From a virus, in the IMG/VR virus record IMGVR_UViG_3300023176_007894, positions 1 to 64,000 of that record: DNA of 64,000 bases. One strand, given 5' to 3'. Below are positions 19,506-28,269 of this stretch, one piece after another. Under the pieces are notes generated by a model. The model had not been told where the DNA came from. It made no database searches and worked only from the letters and a program-made list of their open reading frames with translations. Each line of letters starts with the position of its first letter. Position 1 is the first letter of the stretch. Made by a program: the position numbers and the translations under genes.

Positions 19506-19699
19506 ATCAAAGAACAATAGACATCACCCCTACATGGTCAGCAATCATTCGTCCTATGATTGAGGTGCTGAAGAACCCAAAGGCAGATCCCTTCGGAAAG
19601 AAAGAGGTCGAAAAAGAATTGCTTAGACTTGCGAAGATCGTAGACGATCAAAACGAGAAAGCAAGAATGGTAGAACTTGACAAAAAGGCTAGATCATGA
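19502..19699 (+). CDS. Hypothetical protein (IDITPTW motif)
   Basis: Coupled ORF. Confidence 0.6.
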   Translation: MNQRTIDITPTWSAIIRPMIEVLKNPKADPFGKKEVEKELLRLAKIVDDQNEKARMVELDKKARS

Positions 19700-19929
19700 C
19701 ACAAGCACAAATTAGAGAAGAAATTCTGGGCATAGTTAAAAGAGAACTTGCATGGGCAGATCCAATGTCTAGGATATGTCTTGATCAGCACAAAAGGCAT
19801 CCCGAAAAGTTTCCGATTGGTTCAACTTTTGAATCAGCCGAAGAAGTTTTGGATGACATCATTTGTAGCTTGACATTGTTCCAAAAGGAGCTTAGAATTA
19901 AGTCATCTTTTCAATCAACTAACCTCTAA
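19696..19929 (+). CDS. Hypothetical protein
   Basis: Coupled ORF. Confidence 0.6.
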   Translation: MTQAQIREEILGIVKRELAWADPMSRICLDQHKRHPEKFPIGSTFESAEEVLDDIICSLTLFQKELRIKSSFQSTNL

Positions 19930-19942
19930 ACAAAGGAAAATT

Positions 19943-20362
19943 ATGGGACTCGACCAAAATGCTTATTCAGTCGTCCAAGGTGGGCGAAACGATGGAGAAG
20001 AAGAACATCTTAGCGAATGGAGAAAACACAATCGCCTTCAAGGATGGATGCAACAGCTTTGGGAAGACAAGGGAAGACCGAATGCTCCTGAGTCATCAAG
20101 CCCAATGGGAGACTTTAATTGCATTCCGTTGGAACTCGATGAAGAAGACATTATTCGCCTAGAGCAAGACATTCTAGATTGCAATTTACCCGAAACACAT
20201 GGCTTCTTCTTTGGAAGCGATTCTTACTCTTGGACAGATGAAAGCGAAGAACCCTTTCCCGAAGGCGACTATTGGTACAAGGAAACCGATTTGCAATTTG
20301 TCGAAGATGCCAAAAAGTGCCTCAAACAAGGTAAGAAAGTTTTTTACTCTTGTTGGTATTGA
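19943..20362 (+). CDS. Conserved phage protein (MGLD...WRKHN...GFFFG...YxxW)
   Basis: Recognisable phage family pattern; AAGGA SD. Confidence 0.75.
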   Translation: MGLDQNAYSVVQGGRNDGEEEHLSEWRKHNRLQGWMQQLWEDKGRPNAPESSSPMGDFNCIPLELDEEDIIRLEQDILDCNLPETHGFFFGSDSYSWTDESEEPFPEGDYWYKETDLQFVEDAKKCLKQGKKVFYSCWY

Positions 20363-20400
20363 GCCTTGACATTCAAACAGAACCTGCCATACTTAACTAC

Positions 20401-20568
20401 ATGAAAGAATTAATGGAAGAAATCAAAACCCTTCAATCACGATTAAGAAATTGCGGTGGAGGAAAAATCGTAATCACTAGCGGAAAATTTGACATCTCGC
20501 TTGGCAAAGAGCATGAGGAAGATGAGAGTGAGGATGTCGAAATGCTTCGTGCAATATTCAATGCTTAA
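20401..20568 (+). CDS. Hypothetical protein
   Basis: ATG 35 nt after TTGACA(20366). Confidence 0.6.
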   Translation: MKELMEEIKTLQSRLRNCGGGKIVITSGKFDISLGKEHEEDESEDVEMLRAIFNA

Positions 20569-20569
20569 A

Positions 20570-20776
20570 ATGGAAAATCAAACATACATCGATGCGGTTT
20601 GCGAAGGCAAGCCATTAGACAAACCTTCGTTCAATGCGGATCTTGAAGCATGGGAATTGTACTTTGAGGAGTCGGCGACTCCTTGGCATCCCTATGACGA
20701 AAGAGACTTGTTGAGCGTCTTTTTCAACTCTGAACAAGAGGCACTAGATGCCTACAACCACTACAATGCAAACTAA
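20570..20776 (+). CDS. Hypothetical protein
   Basis: ATG directly after the previous stop. Confidence 0.6.
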   Translation: MENQTYIDAVCEGKPLDKPSFNADLEAWELYFEESATPWHPYDERDLLSVFFNSEQEALDAYNHYNAN

Positions 20777-20778
20777 CA

Positions 20779-20940
20779 ATGAATACTAAGGTAGACAAAC
20801 TCAATAAAAAAATTCGTAAAATTGGATTCGAGCTTGCAAGGGCGCAAGCCATGAACATCAAGGCAGAAGATTACTTGTCGAAAAAGATTGCTCACGATTT
20901 GCTCTTGAGCGAACTGTATTCGATAGAGAAAAAAGTTTAA
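20779..20940 (+). CDS. 53-aa hypothetical protein (not in the ORF track)
   Basis: MNTKVDKLNKKIRK...; fills the gap before the tRNA. Confidence 0.5.
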   Translation: MNTKVDKLNKKIRKIGFELARAQAMNIKAEDYLSKKIAHDLLLSELYSIEKKV

Positions 20941-20947
20941 TTACATC

Positions 20948-21023
20948 GGACCCGTAGCTCAGCGGTTAGAGCAGGGCACTCATAATGCCTTGGTCCTCGG
21001 TTCGAATCCGAGCGGGTCCACCA
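20948..21023 (+). tRNA. tRNA with CAT anticodon, most likely tRNA-Ile2 (lysidine type)
   Basis: 76-nt cloverleaf GGACCCG/CGGGTCC-A-CCA, loop CTCATAA, TTCGAAT; C4-G69 and C5-G68 as in Ile2 tRNAs; no initiator features. Confidence 0.9.
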
Positions 21024-21028
21024 AAAAA

Positions 21029-21145
21029 GTTGCACGATTCGCTCAGGGGGGCCCCCCCGCTGCACTATCATACCGGGAAATTGCATAATTTAACAAAATG
21101 AAAAAAGGGGTTGACTTTACCTTATTTTCTGTCATACTATAGGTA
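21029..21145 (+). repeat. Cassette-boundary element copy 2 (G6C7) plus promoter
   Basis: TTGCACGAT...GGGGGGCCCCCCCGC...TTGACT..CATACT..ATG. Confidence 0.75.
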
Positions 21146-21429
21146 TGATTAACAATGAAGAAGCAAGAGCGTCCTCACTTCAAGAGGACATGGAAAGAAA
21201 CCCCGAAATGTACAAGGAGTATGTTGAAGAAGACGATTTGGTCGAGCCTGAAAGAGTTGACCTAGTCAATCAAAGGTACATCATCGTGGACAACAAAAAC
21301 TGTTGGAAGGGTCACGAAGGTCAGCAGATCATTGGAAGCTTTCTTTCTATCGAGGATTCAGTTGCGTGGGCAGAGATCAACCTCGATCATAGCGCCTACA
21401 ATGTCTATCGAGTACAGGTAGTTCATTAA
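21145..21429 (+). CDS. Hypothetical protein
   Basis: Leaderless promoter; similar to 16350-16601. Confidence 0.65.
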   Translation: MINNEEARASSLQEDMERNPEMYKEYVEEDDLVEPERVDLVNQRYIIVDNKNCWKGHEGQQIIGSFLSIEDSVAWAEINLDHSAYNVYRVQVVH

Positions 21430-21521
21430 AAAAAAACTTAATTGCAAAAAAAAGCTTGACGGATCGCAAAAAATTTAGTAAAATTAATCCATCAAAGAAA
21501 AACTCTAACCTCTAAAAAATC

Positions 21522-22274
21522 ATGAATAACAGAATCAATCTCAAAGTTTGCTCAACCAAAGAATCTTCTTTCGACGAAGTTAAAGCCGTTGCTACTCCTC
21601 AAGCGACAGAGTCTTGGCAACCGATTAGCCATGCTTTCCTTGTTGATCGTGTGCAAAATCAAATGCAGGACAACGGATGGGAAATCGTTGACACCTACCA
21701 CTCCCTACACCGCTTTGGACAACGCTACTTTGGCTTGTTCCATGTCAAGAACACGGGCGTTGACAACGATGAGCGAGGCACGATTGTGGGCTTGCGAAAC
21801 TCTCACGACAAATGCTTTCCTGCAGGTTTGTGCATGGGTAATGCACCTTTTGTCTGCTCGAATCTCATTTTCACCAATGAAGTTGTTCTTGCAAGGCGAC
21901 ACACCAAAAACATTCTTTCCGATTTGTCGCAAGTTATTGCTCGCACTCTTGGCAAGATGACTGAAACATGGGCTAGTGACGAGCAACGCATTCAAGCTTA
22001 CAAAGAATACGAGCTTGGCAACGAACAAGCTCATGACCTCGTCATCCGTGCCTACCAAAACGGAGCAATCAGCAAGGCAAAGATTGCAGATGTTGTGGAG
22101 CAATGGCATAAGCCCGAACATGACGATTTTTCGCCAAGAACCATGCACTCCTTGTACAACGGATTCACGCATATTCTCAAAGGTGGAATCACCGCATTGC
22201 CTAATCGCTCTCTCGCACTTCACGGAGTTCTTGATTCCGAAGTTGGACTAAGTTCTAAACTTGAAGTCGCTTAA
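21522..22274 (+). CDS. DUF932-family protein
   Basis: GLRNSHDK..AGL..G...FVCSN....RRHT pattern. Confidence 0.8.
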   Translation: MNNRINLKVCSTKESSFDEVKAVATPQATESWQPISHAFLVDRVQNQMQDNGWEIVDTYHSLHRFGQRYFGLFHVKNTGVDNDERGTIVGLRNSHDKCFPAGLCMGNAPFVCSNLIFTNEVVLARRHTKNILSDLSQVIARTLGKMTETWASDEQRIQAYKEYELGNEQAHDLVIRAYQNGAISKAKIADVVEQWHKPEHDDFSPRTMHSLYNGFTHILKGGITALPNRSLALHGVLDSEVGLSSKLEVA

Positions 22275-22318
22275 CCTAACCTAAAAACACACTAACCAAA
22301 ATCAAAACACATCTAACT

Positions 22319-22549
22319 ATGAAAAAGCAAAAGTACCTTCAAAATGTAGTCGATAGCCTCAAGGGACGATTCGTTTCCCTTCTTGTCAAAAACGGAGAGC
22401 AACGCAAGGTGTTCTCGGCAAAGGTCACTAGCGTGACTCCTCGCCATGTAATGTTCACCGATACTAACGGAGGAAATCGTCGAGTAAATCGTCGTCATGT
22501 CCTTCGGGCAACTTGCGCCAACAAGACTTTTAAGAGGTCGGTGAGTTAA
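22319..22549 (+). CDS. Small basic beta-rich hypothetical protein
   Basis: ORF followed by a terminator. Confidence 0.65.
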   Translation: MKKQKYLQNVVDSLKGRFVSLLVKNGEQRKVFSAKVTSVTPRHVMFTDTNGGNRRVNRRHVLRATCANKTFKRSVS

Positions 22550-22580
22550 ATCAAATAGCTCCAAATAGGGAGCCAAATAC

Positions 22581-22608
22581 AAAGCCTCTCTTCGGAGAGG
22601 CTTTTTTT
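22581..22608 (+). terminator. Rho-independent terminator with UUCG tetraloop
   Basis: AAAGCCTCTC-TTCG-GAGAGGCTTT-TTTT. Confidence 0.9.
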
Positions 22609-22639
22609 GCGAAAGGCTATTGACTTATCCTGCATTTTT

Positions 22640-22739
22640 TGTGACCGATCCGGGCGGGGGCCCCCCGCAGTACCATCGTATAAAAAATTAGTTGAATATT
22701 AGCCTTGACTTTAGTTCTTGATCTGCCATACTTAGACTA
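22640..22739 (+). repeat. Cassette-boundary element copy 3 (G5C6) plus promoter
   Basis: TGACCGATCCGGGC-GGGGG-CCCCCC-GCAGTACCATCG...AGTTGAA...TTGACT; matches the reverse complement of copies 5-11. Confidence 0.8.
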
Positions 22740-22882
22740 TGAATGCAAAAGAAAGAATGAAAGAATGGAAAAAGCTTCCGCCGAACACAATTTCATGGGA
22801 GACTTTTAAAAGGTTGCTTGGACAATTCGGGCCGGAAAAAGGTATTGAAAAAGCAAAAAAGATGCTTGACAAAAAGGGCTAA
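22739..22882 (+). CDS. 47-aa hypothetical protein (not in the ORF track)
   Basis: MNAKERMKEWKKLPP...; leaderless promoter. Confidence 0.6.
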   Translation: MNAKERMKEWKKLPPNTISWETFKRLLGQFGPEKGIEKAKKMLDKKG

Positions 22883-22900
22883 TTCAACATAATTAAAGAC

Positions 22901-23617
22901 ATGATTAAGACAACGCTACTCACTCAAGGAAACGCAAAGATAGTCAAAGGCGAAAAGCTTGGCTATACAACCAAAGGAATTCATCTCGCTCCAGCTCAAC
23001 TTTCGGGCTATGAGGTTTGCCAATGGCGAAGCAAAGGTTGCACTGCTTCTTGCCTCAATACTGCGGGTCGTGGTCAAATGGACTCAATCCAAAAGTCTCG
23101 GATTGCAAAGACAAAATTGTTTTTTACTCAGCGAATGGATTTCCTTGTGAAGCTATCGAAAGAAATTTCTAGTTCAATTAAGACATCAGCAAAGAAGGGT
23201 ATGAAGTCAGTCTTCAGGCTTAACCTTACAAGTGACATTGCTTGGGAAAACATCATCAATGAAGATGGCGTGACTATCTTTGAGAAGCATGGCAAAACTC
23301 AATTTTACGATTACACAAAATCATTTGAACGCATGAAGCAATTCATTCATGGAGAGTTGCCAAGTAATTACCATTTGACTTTTAGTCGCTCCGAACACAA
23401 TGACAAGTTGTGTAAGTTGGTTCTTGCTATGGGTGGCAATGTGGCGGTAGTCTTTCGCAATCAGTTGCCCGAAACTTGGCAAGGTTATGAAGTCATCAAT
23501 GGCGATGAAAATGATTTGCGTTTTCTTGACAGGCAAGGTGTTGTCGTCGGTCTTATTGAAAAAGGGATGGCAAAGAAAGACTCAACGGGATTTGTCCAAG
23601 AAGGAATTAACTCTTGA
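22901..23617 (+). CDS. Gp88-like phage protein
   Basis: VCQWRSKGCTASCLNTAGRG, RLNLTSDI, QFYDYTK, NYHLTFSRSE, GDENDLRFLD. Confidence 0.75.
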   Translation: MIKTTLLTQGNAKIVKGEKLGYTTKGIHLAPAQLSGYEVCQWRSKGCTASCLNTAGRGQMDSIQKSRIAKTKLFFTQRMDFLVKLSKEISSSIKTSAKKGMKSVFRLNLTSDIAWENIINEDGVTIFEKHGKTQFYDYTKSFERMKQFIHGELPSNYHLTFSRSEHNDKLCKLVLAMGGNVAVVFRNQLPETWQGYEVINGDENDLRFLDRQGVVVGLIEKGMAKKDSTGFVQEGINS

Positions 23618-23648
23618 CAAAACAGAAAACTTAACCTAGTATTAAAGC

Positions 23649-23816
23649 ATGACAGATACCTATTACGATTCCGCAGAAGATGTAACGATCACGCAAGAAA
23701 GAGCGTTTGAAGAACTCGCAAAACATGGTTGCCAAGATTATGAGCAATTCATTTTGGACATGGGCGACAAAGAAGAGTATGATGCACAAAAAGTGTTGCA
23801 ATGGCTAGGCTACTAA
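23649..23816 (+). CDS. 55-aa acidic hypothetical protein (not in the ORF track)
   Basis: ATG 35 nt after TTGACA(23614). Confidence 0.65.
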   Translation: MTDTYYDSAEDVTITQERAFEELAKHGCQDYEQFILDMGDKEEYDAQKVLQWLGY

Positions 23817-23921
23817 AAAGTTGACCGATTCCCCAAGGGGGGGCCCCGCAGTTGAATGGTGCAAAAAATTTGTTGAATTGTTTGCTTGACCTTGGGCCGG
23901 TTTCTGTCATACTTAATTACA
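23817..23921 (+). repeat. Cassette-boundary element copy 4 (G7C4) plus promoter
   Basis: AAAGTTGACCGAT..GGGGGGGCCCCGCAG..GTGCAAAAAA..GTTGAA..TTGACC..CATACT..ATG. Confidence 0.8.
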
Positions 23922-24121
23922 TGAAAGAAACAGTAAAAATCCTAATGTCCCGCGATGGCTTGACTAAAGCTGAGGCGGTCAAACAAGTAAAAGATTTTTT
24001 TCTTGGAATGCAAGCCGACATCTCTGAAGGTGGTGATCCTTGGGAATGGGAAAACGAGTTTGTTCAAGAGTTTGGCTTGGAGCCTGACTACTTTGAGGAT
24101 TTTCTTTTCAGCCTTTGCTGA
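23921..24121 (+). CDS. Conserved phage hypothetical protein (LMSRDG...FGLEPDY)
   Basis: ATG 35 nt after TTGACC(23886). Confidence 0.7.
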   Translation: MKETVKILMSRDGLTKAEAVKQVKDFFLGMQADISEGGDPWEWENEFVQEFGLEPDYFEDFLFSLC

Positions 24122-24165
24122 TTAATTTCCTTGACAAAACACAAAAAAATTCATAGAATTACAGC

Positions 24166-24561
24166 ATGATTAAAGACGAGACTAAACTAAAAGATTTCAA
24201 CGATTTAGACTTCAAGCAACATCCTTGCTTCGCCGAAGGCACGGCAGTTCAAGCAAAATTAACTTTCGGGCATCGTGACAAAGACAATCAAGATCAATTT
24301 ACGATCTCGGTTGTTCAAAACAAAGGAGATGGTTCGGGCTTGTATGGTCATGAAGATGACGGCACTTACGAAGTTGCAATGTGGTTTCAAGATCGAGACT
24401 CCATGCTTCCTTTGTCTGTATCTGACGATGTTCTTGGTTCGCAAACTCCTGCTGACATCACCCGTCTTATGCACACCGCACAGCTCAATGATTTCGCTTG
24501 GGTCACTCTTCTTCAGAATGCAAGAGATGATTTCAGAAAAGATTTAGGGCTTGACAGTTAA
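24166..24561 (+). CDS. Hypothetical phage protein (ISVV...LYG..YEVA)
   Basis: ATG 35 nt after TTGACA(24131). Confidence 0.7.
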   Translation: MIKDETKLKDFNDLDFKQHPCFAEGTAVQAKLTFGHRDKDNQDQFTISVVQNKGDGSGLYGHEDDGTYEVAMWFQDRDSMLPLSVSDDVLGSQTPADITRLMHTAQLNDFAWVTLLQNARDDFRKDLGLDS

Positions 24562-24585
24562 CGAAAAATTTCATACAATTATGGC

Positions 24586-24690
24586 ATGATTAAGATCAGG
24601 AAAACCATTCTCTTCACCAAGTCAAGACCTCACAAGGTCAAAGCAAAGGTGATTCACAGAAAGCTCAAACACAAGGAGAAATTGCAGTAA
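24586..24690 (+). CDS. 34-aa highly basic peptide (not in the ORF track)
   Basis: MIKIRKTILFTKSRPHKVKAKVIHRKLKHKEKLQ; ATG 35 nt after TTGACA(24551). Confidence 0.65.
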   Translation: MIKIRKTILFTKSRPHKVKAKVIHRKLKHKEKLQ

Positions 24691-24938
24691 TGTACATCAA
24701 AGACAATCAAGAAAATTCAGAAGAAACGCCTTTAAATGCTGAAGAGGCTACGAAAATTTGCATGGGAATGATTTACGAGATACTGATTTCTCCTGCAATG
24801 GAAAAGAATTTAATTAATTCCGAGGATTACGAAGCACTTCAACAAGTCGGGGAAACCCTTCGCTTTGTCGCAAAAAAAGCCTTGATTTTCGAGAAGATGA
24901 AAGAGCAAGACAATGGCATAACTTTTGGTCGCAACTAA
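24690..24938 (+). CDS. Hypothetical protein
   Basis: Coupled ORF. Confidence 0.6.
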   Translation: MYIKDNQENSEETPLNAEEATKICMGMIYEILISPAMEKNLINSEDYEALQQVGETLRFVAKKALIFEKMKEQDNGITFGRN

Positions 24939-25129
24939 TGAAACCATTGCTAACGAAATCCAAAGACGGATGTTTCGTAATCGTTTTTGCCGAAAAGAAA
25001 ACTCATGTCAACGATCTGTTCATCTCTCAAGCGACATTACAGAAAAACATCAAAGAAAAAACATTCATCAAGCATGACAAACTCACTTACAATGAACGAC
25101 CTCTCTACATTTACCATGAAGACTGTTAA
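24938..25129 (+). CDS. Hypothetical protein
   Basis: Coupled ORF. Confidence 0.55.
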   Translation: MKPLLTKSKDGCFVIVFAEKKTHVNDLFISQATLQKNIKEKTFIKHDKLTYNERPLYIYHEDC

Positions 25130-25381
25130 TGGCTACAAAGTTTTAAAGAACGGAAAACCCTGTGGAATTACCGGCTCTCTCGAATATGTCGTGGATGAAA
25201 TTCGCAAACTCGAATCAAATCTTGATCGATCAAGAGAGCATTCGCCTTTCACGATTGTCCTTCGCAAATAGAAAGCTAATCCAAAAAAATAATTTTTAAA
25301 ATAGGATCGAGCAAATAGAAATAGATGCACAAATAAATACATCAAATATTTTGTAGAATTGGTCATTGACTTATTGTACAA

Positions 25382-25445
25382 TTTTATTGCACAATCCTAC
25401 TGGGGGGGCCCCCCCGGCCCGCATCGGTCAACTTTTAAGTTGAAA
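25382..25445 (-). repeat. Cassette-boundary element copy 5 (G7C7), promoterless, at the convergence point
   Basis: TTGCACAATCCTACT-G7-C7-GGCCCGCATCGGTCAACT. Confidence 0.85.
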
Positions 25446-25448
25446 AGT

Positions 25449-25514
25449 TTAGCCTAGGATCATGCAGTAGAATACTGCAAGCCAAGGCAAGAATAGGAGA
25501 ATGTCCCAAGTCAT
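25449..25514 (-). CDS. 21-aa hydrophobic micro-peptide, copy A
   Basis: MTWDILLFLPWLAVFYCMILG; identical copy at 29869-29934; ATGA-coupled. Confidence 0.55.
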   Translation of the reverse strand: MTWDILLFLPWLAVFYCMILG

Positions 25515-25579
25515 GCTTCTAGGTATCCTTTAATTATTCCAATGAAGAAAGCCACGGCAAGAAGGATTGCAAACTCCAT
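25511..25579 (-). CDS. 22-aa hydrophobic micro-peptide
   Basis: MEFAILLAVAFFIGIIKGYLEA; paralog at 28200-28268. Confidence 0.55.
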   Translation of the reverse strand: MEFAILLAVAFFIGIIKGYLEA

Positions 25580-25876
25580 TTATTCGCCAAAGATTTCACG
25601 CATCAATGGGCTTACTGCCTTCATGTCACGCAAGTTTTCGTCAGAGTCAAAATCCTCTTCCTCATCTGCACGATTGTCTTGACTTTCAAGTTGAGAGATT
25701 TCGTCCTCGACATCCGACTTTTGGGCATCGAGCAATCCGTGTTGAACGATTAGTTCTTCAGCAAGGATTTCAGCTTTCAAGTCTTCAATGAAGGAAGACA
25801 TTGCAGGGGAAACCTGCATGGCGTTTGAACTGTTCGCCATTTGGCGAATTATTTCGATTCTTTCTGATTGAGTCAT
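25580..25876 (-). CDS. Acidic hypothetical protein, paralog of 28270-28563
   Basis: SERIxII...VSP...GLL.A.K.DVEDE...MREIFGE shared. Confidence 0.75.
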   Translation of the reverse strand: MTQSERIEIIRQMANSSNAMQVSPAMSSFIEDLKAEILAEELIVQHGLLDAQKSDVEDEISQLESQDNRADEEEDFDSDENLRDMKAVSPLMREIFGE

Positions 25877-25890
25877 AGCTTTAATTATGG

Positions 25891-26064
25891 TTATTTTTCG
25901 CTGATTGTCAAGTTTAATTCAGTTTGATTTTTTTCAGCCCGATCAAGATCCTCAAGCTCGATGCTTGCGTTGATCACGACTTGCCTTGCTCTAATGTGCC
26001 CAAGGTCTGCGATGGGTTGCATGATTCGGATGAGTTCGGTTAGGATTTTTTTTCTTTCATTCAT
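25891..26064 (-). CDS. Hypothetical protein
   Basis: ORF with a promoter-like upstream region. Confidence 0.55.
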   Translation of the reverse strand: MNERKKILTELIRIMQPIADLGHIRARQVVINASIELEDLDRAEKNQTELNLTISEK

Positions 26065-26107
26065 GGCTTTAATCATAATGATTTCAATGGCAATTGCAAG
26101 CTTTTTT

Positions 26108-26650
26108 TTAAGAAAGGAAGTGATTCAAGGCACTTTCCAATTTTCCTTTGTTTAGGTTATCCTTGCGATCTCTTGGGACAAAGTTCGACCAATGATTTGA
26201 GCCTCCGCTTTGTTTTTCTCGAATGTGATCCATGTTCCAAGCATTTTTGACATCTCGATTTGTCCAATTGTCCCAACTCATTCCATCCTCGAATTGAGCT
26301 TCGCACAAAATTCTGTATTGATCAATCGAGCAACCGAGGGTAGATTTTCTGATTCCCAAGCATCCGCACGCAATCATGAAGGCTTTTCTCTTTTCTCCGC
26401 TGACCATGTCAAAGTATGGATCATGAGCAATTTGGTTTCTGATTTTTTTGTATTTAGATTGAATGTTTTGCTTTTCTTGTTTCTTGTGTTCGATCAGTTC
26501 TTCGAGCCTTTTGATAGTGCTATCAAGTTGGTCGATTTGATTTTTTTCTACTACTTTCAGCATGTCTCCAAGATCAAGATCTGTGCGAGAGTCTTTAACA
26601 TTCTTTTTGGTGAAAATTTTATTCCAAGCTTTCGAGAGTTTATATTTCAT
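26108..26650 (-). CDS. HNH-type endonuclease-like protein
   Basis: LGCSI...FEDGMSWDN...WNMDHI...NHWSNFVP...DNLNKG. Confidence 0.65.
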   Translation of the reverse strand: MKYKLSKAWNKIFTKKNVKDSRTDLDLGDMLKVVEKNQIDQLDSTIKRLEELIEHKKQEKQNIQSKYKKIRNQIAHDPYFDMVSGEKRKAFMIACGCLGIRKSTLGCSIDQYRILCEAQFEDGMSWDNWTNRDVKNAWNMDHIREKQSGGSNHWSNFVPRDRKDNLNKGKLESALNHFLS

Positions 26651-26720
26651 TTTTTTCCTTCGTTTTAGCAATTTATAATTAACAAGAATATATTATACAA
26701 AGAGAATTGCAAGCTTTTTT

Positions 26721-26888
26721 TTAAGAAAAAAACGGATGCTTGCGAACCGAAGAAAGAGGAACAGCAACACGCTTTTGCGAGCGATAGATGCGAGCGAGAA
26801 CGAAAGTCTCTGCTCCGTCTTTGTGAAAGCCTTCGACCTGAAGGATTCTTTTTTTGTAATCAATGAGAACATCTTTAATCTTAATCAT
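26721..26888 (-). CDS. Small SH3/KOW-like hypothetical protein
   Basis: True start MIKIKD directly after the element promoter. Confidence 0.65.
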   Translation of the reverse strand: MIKIKDVLIDYKKRILQVEGFHKDGAETFVLARIYRSQKRVAVPLSSVRKHPFFS

Positions 26889-26995
26889 ACCTACAAGGTA
26901 ACACAGAAACCCCGAAAAGTCAAGAAAAACTTTCAACTATTTTTTTGCACGATCCTATTGCGGGGGGGCCCCCCCGAGGGCCGGTTGTCAAGCTT
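26886..26995 (-). repeat. Cassette-boundary element copy 6 (G7C7) plus promoter
   Basis: Minus strand GATCGTGCAA..ATAGTTGAAAGTTTTTC-TTGACT-N17-TACCTT-GTAGGT-ATG. Confidence 0.9.
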
Positions 26996-27011
26996 TATTT
27001 TTCATTATTTT

Positions 27012-27725
27012 TCATTGCAACTTTGCTTTTTCCTCGCGAAGGCGGTGGATTCTATTGTGAATCGATTTTATTTTTAGGTATTGGTTAAGTGCTCGTTTAG
27101 GGTGTCTTTCTATCCTGCGATGGGCTTGAGGCATCTTGCGATTAAAATGCTTTAGATTTAGTTGATCGAGTAATTCCTTGTTTTCTTTCAAGGCTTTGCG
27201 TTCAATTCGCAATGCTTTTTGAATTGAGGGTCTAATTGGATCTTCTGAATCAAGAGATTTCAAACGATCCTCGTACCTTTTTTTGCGAATTTCCCTGTTC
27301 CAAACTTTTTCAGCACAAGCAATGCGGTCAATCGTTTGTTGTTCTAGCATGTCATACAATTCTTGATCTATTCCTGTTTCTGATGGGTATGGAGTTCCGC
27401 GTAGATCATCTTCTTTGGCATGATGCAATGCAATGTCGATTTTCCAATTATTTTTTAATGCTTCTTTATTGTTCTTTTTGAAAGCCCTTAATGTATTGAT
27501 GTACCTTTGTTCCTGTCTGTGGAAGTTAGTGAATTCCTTTACCTTGATCAAATTACTTGCGCAAAGAAAACCTGAAATGTATACTGCACCATCAGAATTT
27601 GATCCCCAATGATAGGAATTTTCATAGTTTTGTAGCCTAGCAATTGGATTAATTGAAGAACCAGCTTTCAAGTGCAAAGTTCTGAGGTTAGTGTCGAGGT
27701 TCATTGCAACATATACTTTTTTCAT
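27012..27725 (-). CDS. GIY-YIG/T5orf172-like N-terminal domain protein
   Basis: VYVA...LKAGSSINPIARLQNY, then a helical C-terminus. Confidence 0.45.
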   Translation of the reverse strand: MKKVYVAMNLDTNLRTLHLKAGSSINPIARLQNYENSYHWGSNSDGAVYISGFLCASNLIKVKEFTNFHRQEQRYINTLRAFKKNNKEALKNNWKIDIALHHAKEDDLRGTPYPSETGIDQELYDMLEQQTIDRIACAEKVWNREIRKKRYEDRLKSLDSEDPIRPSIQKALRIERKALKENKELLDQLNLKHFNRKMPQAHRRIERHPKRALNQYLKIKSIHNRIHRLREEKAKLQ

Positions 27726-27825
27726 TCTATACCTTTGTTAGTGAGTTAAAAGGACTTTTTCCTTATCTTTGATAATACATAGTATGACAAATTTTTTCGT
27801 AAAGTCAACTGTTTTTTTAAAAAAA

Positions 27826-27907
27826 ATGAAAAAAACTTTCGCCTATTTTATTGCACGATCCTGCCGCGGGGGCCCCCTAAGCCTGCAAGCCATTGACCGT
27901 CAAAGGC
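27826..27907 (-). repeat. Cassette-boundary element copy 7 (G5C5)
   Basis: CTATTTTATTGCACGATCCTGCCGC-G5-C5. Confidence 0.85.
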
Positions 27908-28096
27908 TTACCAAACGAAGCCTCCTACAGCGCCCGTCCTGCCAACGGCAAGAGGGTGAAGCTCCAAGTCGGTGACGGGCACCGACCAGATGCGCGAGGA
28001 GTAACCCCGTGCACGGACGACTGCGACGCCGTCGGTTAAGGACTCAACCACGCAGGAGAATCCGTTGAAGAGAACGATATCATTAATCTTAATCAT
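27908..28096 (-). CDS. Small SH3/KOW-like protein, copy A
   Basis: Near-identical to 30965-31153. Confidence 0.7.
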   Translation of the reverse strand: MIKINDIVLFNGFSCVVESLTDGVAVVRARGYSSRIWSVPVTDLELHPLAVGRTGAVGGFVW

Positions 28097-28200
28097 ACCT
28101 ACAAGGTACCACAGAAACCCCGAAAAGTCAAGAAAAACTTTCAACTATTTTATTGCACGATCCTTTTGCGGGGGGGCCCCGAGGGCCGGCTGTCAAGCTT
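28094..28200 (-). repeat. Cassette-boundary element copy 8 (G7C4) plus promoter
   Basis: Same ~90-bp block as copies 6, 9, 10 and 11. Confidence 0.9.
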
Positions 28201-28268
28201 TATTCTTCAAAATTTGCTTTAACCATTCCAATGAAGAAGGCCACGACAAGAAGGATTGCAAGCTCCAT
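28200..28268 (-). CDS. 22-aa hydrophobic micro-peptide
   Basis: MELAILLVVAFFIGMVKANFEE; paralog of 25511-25579. Confidence 0.55.
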   Translation of the reverse strand: MELAILLVVAFFIGMVKANFEE

Positions 28269-28269
28269 T

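Noticed and set aside
20948-21023. Initiator tRNA-fMet
   Set aside because: It has a G1-C72 pair and lacks the three consecutive G-C pairs in the anticodon stem
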